Source: Ramazzottius varieornatus (taxonomy: Eukaryota; Animalia; Tardigrada). Taken from it: a stretch of DNA of 64,000 nucleotides. Shown here one piece after another: positions 55,974-64,000 of this stretch (the stretch's first letter is position 1; each line of letters begins with the position of its first letter). The notes below the pieces were generated by a model. That model did not search any database and had not been told where the DNA came from. It saw only the letters and a list, made by a program, of their open reading frames with translations. The translations under genes and the position numbers were made by a program. The DNA lies in assembly GCA_001949185.1 (NCBI GenBank), contig BDGG01000003.1, positions 1,772,725 through 1,836,724 of the forward strand, written 5' to 3'.

Positions 55974-58119
55974 TCATGAGCCGGTGGCGTTACCGTGGCT
56001 GTCGTAGGGAGGACCTGTCGGCTGTCCAGGCTTGTATTGGCTCATGGGGTTATACTGCTGCTGCTGCTGCTGCTGGCTGGAAGGTACGTTACCGTAGTAG
56101 ACTCCGTGAACTCCGTGGTTAGGTTGTCCTTGTTGCGGACTCTGTTGATACTGGGCGTACTGCTGATGCTGTTGTTGTTGTTGTTGTTGTTGTTGCTGCT
56201 GCTGCTGCTGCTGCGCCTGTTGAGGCGGGTACCCCAAAGGAAGCTGCTGTTGCTGTTGGTACGCCATTTGCGAAGGTGCTTGCGGTTGTTGCTGTTGCTG
56301 ACCTATCATATGGCCTAAGAAAACCGAAACGAACGATTAGTGAGTACTATGAAGTACTATGAAGTACATAAACATTTTTAGAAATTTTCCTGCGTTTGAA
56401 AACTGCAGAATTTTGAGCGGAAATTTGAGAACAGAAGCGTTCAAAATTTTCACAGTACCTTGAGAAGGATGTGAAGACACTGTCGGTCTGTATGAGTTAT
56501 TACTCGAGGAGGACCTCCTTGGCTGCATCTGCGGCGGAGGCATCAAGGAGTAATTAGGGTCCATCGGGGATGTGTCTTGCTGTGGCGGATAATTTGGGTG
56601 CGCGCTGGCTGGATATCCTTGCGGTGTGCTCATACCTGGGCAGAACGACACGGCATGTTTCTGCGACTCTTTGCAAAGAATCAAGGTCGGGAATGACTTA
56701 CCTCTCGACTGATTTGGATGGTAAGGATAATTCTGGGGTGGAGGCATCGACATATTGCTCATCGGTGCTTGCTGTTGTGGCGGGTGCTGCTGTGTTGTGG
56801 ATGGATGTGCTTGTGGTGAGCCGTATGGTGAGCCTTGCTGCTGCATTGTAGGTTGCTGTTGATGTTGTTGTGGTGCTGGTTGAGAATACTGTTGAGTTGG
56901 CTGTTGTCCGGACCGATTCGGTGGTTGGACGTAACCGTTGACCATCTGATGGGGTTGCTGGAATGGCTGCATGGAGGGAGAACGTGGTGGGAAGGCTCCA
57001 CCATGCGTACTTTGGGTCAGTGGCGAGTACACAGGCTGCGGTCTCCCTTGTTGCGGCTGGAACGACGGTGGGCCGTTCTGATTGCTGTAGGAAGGTGCCT
57101 GGGAAGAGGTGCCGGGATAGGGAGAAGGTGCAGCGGCACTCGAGGGCCGTACCGGGAGAGGACTTTGCGAGATTCGAGCGTAGGACGAGGAGGTGGTGGC
57201 AACGTCAGTTGGGGAACTTGCTTGCTGCGGAGTCGATGCACCGCTAAGCGTCTGGATGTTTTTACTTAAGGCTTGCATGAGTTCTCCGACAACTTCGGGC
57301 TGGTTGTCCGCCATGGCTTGATTGATCCGAAGTATGAGGTGTGCGTTGCTGTCGAGAACCTGGAAAAAGAGCACAACGATCAGAAGAACCCAGTTGAAAC
57401 AGAATAAATGAAACTGAATCAAACAACACAGCTTTCGACAATATGTAAACTGACTTTAATTCTGGCTGATGTGTGGCCACACAACTATCAAAGCATGAAA
57501 GGCCACAAAATGCCAACAAAACAGTCAAGACAAAAGCGTGTATTCCGGACAATTTCGAAAGCTATGGTAATACCGAACGGACTGCTTAAGGAGGAAACAA
57601 CAGTGGAACTGATCACAGCAAGGCGTGCCATACCTTGCTGAAGTAAGATTCCTTTTCCGCGGAAGAATTCGCAGGAAAATTACTAGGATTCGGTACAGGG
57701 CTCGGTTGTGAAGGTACAGGGCTGGAATGGCTATATCCGTTCTCTGTAATCTGGCCGCCGCCGCGACTCGATGAGGAAAAGGATGCAGGAGAGGGAGTTT
57801 GTGATGGACTGCTGTTATTCATTAACGTCGAGCCATTCACATTCGGACTGACACTGGGGAAACTTTGGTGTGGTTGCATTGGCAGGAAATTTGAAGGTCC
57901 ACTTGGTGGATAGTTGGACATGGGATATCCACCTTCATCCCTGTAGGCTGGATGGTAGTGCGGGGAGGCTTCATTGCCGCTTAACCGGGAAACAACCGGG
58001 TTGTTAAGTTGCAAACTTTGCTGCATGCCAATATTCTGAGGCTCTTCTTGGTTATCACTTCCTGCACTTCCTGCATTCTTTTTCTTGGACTTTGATGGCC
58101 TGTCCTTCTTTGACGGCAT
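55974..58119 (-). CDS. SS18/CREST-like Q/P/G/Y-rich protein with divergent SNH(SSXT)-like helix pair
   Basis: YFSK|VLDSNAHLILRINQAMADNQPEVVGELMQALSKNIQTL resembles the SNH pattern (MLDxNxHLI...LxxNL), followed by a long QPGY-rich and polyQ region. Exon phases are consistent. Confidence 0.55.
56161..56213 (-). repeat. Coding CAG/CAA polyglutamine microsatellite
   Basis: (TGC)n/(TGT)n on the plus strand encode a Q-run in the SS18-like gene. Confidence 0.9.
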
Positions 58120-59057
58120 CGTAGAGCAGGAGAAGAGCACGATTTCTCTGGACGATCAGCAGAAGAAAACCAAAAGAAAAATAAATTGGATACACAGTTG
58201 GATCAAACAATCAGCTGTCTGAAGGCGGGCTTAAATCCATGGCGTCAATGGGAAATTTCTCCTTCTTGCAAGATAATCCATCGTAAAATTCGATGTGTTC
58301 AAACTCATTCCTTCAAAACCTGAAAATACAAGTAAAACATTCATTCAATCAGTACCGGTTCGACATAGCGACTAAATGGTCAGTTTGATGTCAAATGAGC
58401 TCTGGAAAAAAATGCACTAGTTAGTGTTTACGACGCTCCTGTCATCGTCAACCCATCAAATACACGACCTCAAACTCCTGCCAGAGCGGACCTGCTACAT
58501 CCAAGCATCCATTGATGTATCGCTGATAAAATTATGCCGTCGGATTGATAAGAAAGTTGGAAATTACGCGGTTTTGTCACATGCAAAAGAAGACCCATTC
58601 ATCTCATTTGTGCAAACCACACAAACAAAACTGCCATTGCCAGATAAATAATTAACTCTCAATGAAAATAATTCCGCAGACACGAAAAGTCCGTGCTGGC
58701 ACGGGTTGAATGGAGGCACGGACGTCATCGGCATGATCAATCCGCCTCCAAGTGGCCTCGGCTTTAACCCCAGTCACCAACGGGGTTGACTGCAGGCCCT
58801 GCTGTGGCCGGAAGTGTTTATTCGGTGATTTTGACACAGGCTTACCCCCAACGGCAACGCCGAAGTGAAGGGGATGTGGCACGCTCTGCCTCTTTCTGAC
58901 GGTCCGCCCACGACGGGGTGGAGTAGCAGCTTCGGTCACCAGTCAAGAATTCTGCTTGGGGCAGGCCGACCAGTGGTGTCAGTCGGACCAGTTCGAACTT
59001 GCAATCGGCGGACCAGCGCATCTTCCGGCGCGCTCATCCAGGTTTTCCAGGGCAGCC

Positions 59058-62000
59058 ATGTTTTTGCGTGTTTTGATCTTCGTCTTCCTCGCTATCTTAT
59101 CTTTCTCCTTTTTACCTGATCCCCAGCTCAATACTGGATAACTTTGCCTTTGTGATCTCGTCGATAGTGGTACCCAGCAGCCCGAACAAAATAGCAATCG
59201 TGGCGTCCGCACTGGATTTCCCAGTGGAGCACACGTTGGATACGGACACTGAATACGCTTCCGTTTCCCGTGGTGTCACTCGCAAATCTATCCCCGAAAC
59301 CATCGTCAACGAAAACTATGAGTTATGTGAAGCTACACTTCGGTTTGTGGTCGATTCTATCCACTGGCTTCGAATTAACATCGCTTGGAGGCCGGTCGAA
59401 ACTCTCTGGTGTTGCTGACGATGAAACTCCCTTCAGTCCCTCGTTTTTATTCCTTTTTTCTTTTTTCCAGACTGGCGACCGCAACTCTCCGGGTTCGGCA
59501 GGAAGCGTCAAGCAGCTTGTACAGAAGTTTAGCGGGATCGACGCTAGCAGCAGTCAGGGCTCGATGTCGCTGAGCCCAAGATCGTCCAGTGGCAGCTTTC
59601 GCGAGAAGAATCGTTCGAACTACTCATTCGGCGGAATGCAGCGACCGCTTGTGGAAACCAACCTCGAGTACTACAGCAAGGAAATCATGAACCTGACCAC
59701 TCCGGAGAAGAACCCAGCAGATAACGAGACGTGGAACAACCACCGAAGCATCGACACCATCCAAGAGCATACTGGGTACGATGGTCCTTCTTTCTGCGGT
59801 TTCTTAACCCTCCTACTCTTTTCTGCTTCTTTTCTTGCAGAGAAGGTCCTTCCCAACATCGTGTAACTTCCTTCCGAAGCGATGTGCCGAAGGAAAGTTT
59901 GCTGGAGAGGTTCAACGCATCTTCGAAAGACAGCCTACGAAGAGAACCACAAAGGTAGAATCTTTCGTCTTTCTGCGCTGAATCTCTTCTACTCACATTA
60001 TTTTCCCTTGCAGCTATGGAGAGGCTCGTTCTGAGCACGACTATCCATCCTTCATCAGTAGTTCCCCCACGACAGAGCAGTCCTGTAACTCTTTTAGTAA
60101 CAAGCCGCAGATACTCTCGCAAGCTCCAGTCTCCGACAAGCCGTTGTCACCTTTCATTCTGCGGCTAAACTTGGTCAAGAAGATCGTGGAGGTCTTGAAG
60201 TTTCTTCGCGACTCCAACCTTTTGACTGTCCAAGATGACAAGGACAAGAGCAGCTTGGGTAGTAATAAAGCCGAGTCGCAGCTGAACGAGAGGACCACTG
60301 CGGCGCTGGAGTTCTATCTGGGCCAGCACGGAACGCTGTCTAGCGCTGTCAGCCGCGAAGAACTGGAGCGACCAGCGAGACCCAGCTCGTTCACTGTAAG
60401 ACACCTTCATTCAAGCTCAAGGGAGAACGACTTATAGTCTCGAACCGACATTTTTGTTTCCAGGAAATTTCAGCTGCGCGAAACGCTTTGCTGGATCCTT
60501 CGGCGGAAACTGACCAGTCTTATTCGACTGAAACGGATGTACGGATTTTTAACTCTTTTCTTGAAGTTGCAGATTGACAGAACATTTGCAGAACTCCTCG
60601 CTGATAACGCAGGAATTTCCCAGTGAAATGTTCTTTTGAATGTCTGTTTTTGTCTAGAAGGGCGGATTTTGGGGCGTGACCGTTATTTCACGCTGAACAT
60701 ATTTATAAATGCTTCTCAAAGTTTCTTTTGTGTTTGCTCACACAGGACTACAAGCGCCAGTATTTGGCCTACTTGAAGTACTTGATCAAGTACACCAGCT
60801 TTGACGTGAACGCTTTCGACAAGGATCCTAAAGCCTGGTTGGAACGCCTGATGGCGAACCGTGATGGACAAGAACGCAAGGAAGTGGGGGATTACGTCAA
60901 CGCCTGTCACCTGCAACCGGCCATCGACGCTGCTTGGGACCGAGAACGTAGGAGCAAGCTGAAGCGCACTGGGTCCTACTCAAAGTTCTCCCTGGCCATG
61001 CACAAGTTCGGGCAGCGAGTTCTCCATGTCGGCGACTACCGACGACGCTGCGAACTGTGGCAGTCCATGTCGAAGGACATCTACTCCAGACCCCAACAGA
61101 CCACGACTCAGCGAGGTACGGTAGCAGAAGAAAAAAAAAGTATAATCGTAGTCTCTGAAATCGTTGATAAAAGCAAACGGACAGACTGGAAAAATTTGAA
61201 GTTGAAAATTAAAGTTACTTTAGCAAAAAGAAACCGGGTAGCATTTCATGTTAGTTCGGATGAGCGTTCTCTCTATAATATGTCCGATCCTAGTGGAGAA
61301 AACTAGTCGATTAATCTTATCGAAATTAAAATTGATATTTTCAGGTTGAAAGGTTTTTGATTTTTTTCGGTTTCCTAAAGTTCGATTCTTGCTTTCGAAA
61401 GAAACCGAATTAGTTTTACCACCGTTTCAGTTGGTTGTGTTCGTTCAGCTGGATACGCTGTGCATCCGTGTCCGGCATTGCTGGACGTCACCCGAGGCGT
61501 CACAGCGGGCGACGGTATCTTGAAGAAGGAACCGGTGTGGGACTTGGAACCATGGAATGTCCACAGCGTCATCATCAGAACCTTGAGGGCTGAGGCTAAC
61601 GCGTATGTCTTGGCTATCCAGCCGTTCTTCATGAGCAAGAAGGCGTCCAAGTTCGGCAACATGGTCGACGCGGTGGAACTGCTCAACTCAGCAGAGTTCC
61701 CCAAGGACCAGCAGTCGGCGATAGTCTTCACGGCGGAAGTACAGCACTTTGCTGAATCGGCCTACGAATTCTGGTCGAGTGGCGAGCTGGAAGAAGCCAC
61801 CAAGCGAGAGGGATTAAACGACAGTGTGCCTGGGGAGGGAAATCGGAAGGAACATAGCTTCGTCTCGGTCCATAACGATAAAGGTAACAGTAAAATGGAA
61901 GAAGAATGGGATGGGATCTCAACAAGATGGTATTCTCAAGTGGCGCACGCCTATGGTATTATTGGCTGTCAGCGTGCGCGACTTGTGAAACCGATCTTAT

Positions 62001-63560
62001 CGGGTTTGTTTGACAAGCTTTCGAATTCTGTTGAATGGGTTTTATGAGTTTAACTTGCTTGTTCTTAGGTTCGATTGGATATCAGTCGATGGGTGGTTCG
62101 AAGGAAGGTTCGAAACATGACGTGGGGGCTAAAAGTGACAGCTTGAAGAGAGGGACGCAGTCGCTGGGTAAAGCTCAGACCTTGAACCTCAAGTGCGATG
62201 GAAGTTCGAAAGGTAGTAAAGCAGTGTTCTCGCTTTCCGTTTGCCTGTCTTTTCCCAAATTTCCAGGTTTTCAGCAAATGTTTTAACTTGAATGTTTCTG
62301 TTTGTAGGGGAAGGAAGTCCGGGCCGTAAGGACTTATCACTTCCGCGTCACATTAGCGGGCTGCTGCAGGAGATTCGACAGTTCAGCTTCCACAATGCTA
62401 CTCCACGAAGTAGCGGGAAGAAGAAGAGCGGAAGTGCCTCGAAAATGGCGAAACAGAGCGGCGAGAACCTCAACGAAACTTTTATTGGTATGTTGTACTG
62501 ATTATTAGTCCCTTGTGCTGTAAAGAACACGGACGTAGCTAATCGATAATCATGTCTGAACTTATTGTAGTTTCGGAATCCAGCCCGATCCTACCAATAG
62601 GGCCAAAGGGAACTCCTGTCAGCACGGTTGAGAACCTGAATGAAATTGTGACCGGTAATTTTGATCTGTCCTTGCGTCAGACTGAGCCTTGAACTGTATT
62701 CACTATCCATGTCATGTTGCAGTTTCAAAGACCAGTACAATCGAGTACTTCACGAAGAATGGTGGAGAAGCTGTGACGAGGTCCACCTGCACTACTACCA
62801 TCGATGGAACTCCGCCGAGACTTGACTCTAGCGATACAACCGAGTCAGACAGGTATATAAATTCCACTCTATGAAGATCCCGGAGAGGTTAATACATCTT
62901 TCTCCTGTTTCAAGGCTGTATGTGTCGTCTGTTCCTGATGAAGTGAGAATGTACTGCTCGGACATTGCTGGTGCTTCTTCCCACCCGGCCTCGCCCATCG
63001 CCAGTGGAGGAACCACCGTTTACTCCAGCGTCCTTTCTCAGTACAACAGGCAGAGTGTTTCGCCAGGCAAGTCAATGGAAACCCTTCGGAAGGTTTCTTT
63101 ACTTTGAACAGGCTATCCTTGTAGGTTTGTCTGGCAAACGAAAGAAGGCGGAGGAGTTGAAGAAGAGCGTCGACCAAAGTCCAACGTACTTGCGAGGCGT
63201 GGCCTCGGACCAACATGTTCCGAGCTTCATCCCGCTTAGCTTACCTCAAGATGGTAAGTCAGTCATTCTTTTATTCACAACGTTGTTGAGCTTGTCTTGC
63301 AAACAGTGCGAGTTTCCTTCACAGAAGTGATTCAGGAGAACCAGGAAACTCATGGCGATCAAGTGAGAAGCAGCATCGGCGATTCGGTCGTTCTGAGCGA
63401 CAAGCAGAAACAAGTAAGGGCAGTTTGCGTTGAATATAGTATGTATTTGGAAACCCTGGACTGGAACGCTGATGTGGCCTTTCAGAATCTGAGCTCGCCG
63501 GATCAAGCCACGAGAGTACGCATTCTTGACGAACTGGGATACTTGGGAACTCAGGTTTGA
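59058..63560 (+). CDS. Multi-exon gene of unknown function (boundaries approximate)
   Basis: Succession of coding-like segments bounded by AG/GT sites (e.g. 59471, 60745-61115, ~61450-61882, 62069, 62722, 63125). No recognisable domain, and the 5' end has an early stop. Confidence 0.5.
61938..61984. repeat. Intronic dyad element
   Basis: AAGTGGCGCACG-N23-CGTGCGCGACTT, within intron 61883-62068. Confidence 0.85.
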
Positions 63561-63881
63561 TAGTCAAGTAGCATGTCAAGTCTTATCCGTCTGTTCAACT
63601 GGACTGTCTACTTTTCAGGAAGAACCACCTGATCACATTGTCCTGGATTTCGGCCAGATTAAGGCCGATGTTGCTGGTGTAGATAATTTCCGATGAGAAC
63701 CTCATGTCCTCTCTTTTGTTCCTTTTCCCGATGTTCGAATCTCTTTTGGTGTTTTCCGAATCTTGGCGTCTACTGTAGGATTTAATGTTTTTGTATCCTC
63801 GAACTTGATACTTGGTGTATTTTGCTCTTTTTCCTTTTTTCTTTGCTAACATCAGTCAATCTGGACGTGAAAGTTGTAGTA

Positions 63882-64000
63882 CTGTATTCCCCCGATATCT
63901 TCGCGAACCCCGTTAATCGTGGCGCCACCTACTGGACGTACGTCATCCACACATACGTGCCCATTGGCCGTACGTCATGTACGTTTCGTAGTGGGCGCCA
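63882..64000. mobile_element. Second copy of the pogo-derived MITE, truncated by the window edge
   Basis: TA + CTGTATTCCCCCGATATCTTCGCGAA; aligns along its length to the reverse complement of 38508-38663. Confidence 0.9.

Noticed and set aside
55995-57269. Leu-rich plus-strand ORFs
   Set aside because: Antisense shadows of the polyQ/QP-rich gene.

Overview
Gene-dense eukaryotic DNA from a compact metazoan genome: short GT-AG introns (mostly 55-90 bp), a fused EPRS, a BET gene and a p107/p130-like RB gene. A tardigrade-like source is only a guess. About 16 recognisable housekeeping genes are present: NUFIP1, SSBP1, MRPS17, RAB2, RBL, CNOT6, CDPF1, FAM50, LSM5, VAC14, EPRS, RPS29, BLOC1S2, a BET gene, PSMC2 and an SS18-like gene, plus an unidentified multi-exon gene at the right end. 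Mobile DNA comprises two decayed hAT transposons in inverted orientation between NUFIP1 and SSBP1, a decayed pogo-like element with two MITE derivatives, and a second MITE family. The most striking unexplained signal is a family of 14 intron-restricted palindromic elements, AAGTGGCGCACG-N23-CGTGCGCCACTT. Their arms and spacer length are conserved while the spacer sequence has decayed, and two pairs are tandem with a 72-73 bp period. Other oddities: an EPRS with no WHEP domain, a BET BD1 lacking the WPF tryptophan, an in-frame TAG inside the conserved NUFIP1 C-terminal motif, and a scrambled patch containing copied CNOT6 and FAM50 fragments. All homology calls are from motif recognition by eye; no searches were run.
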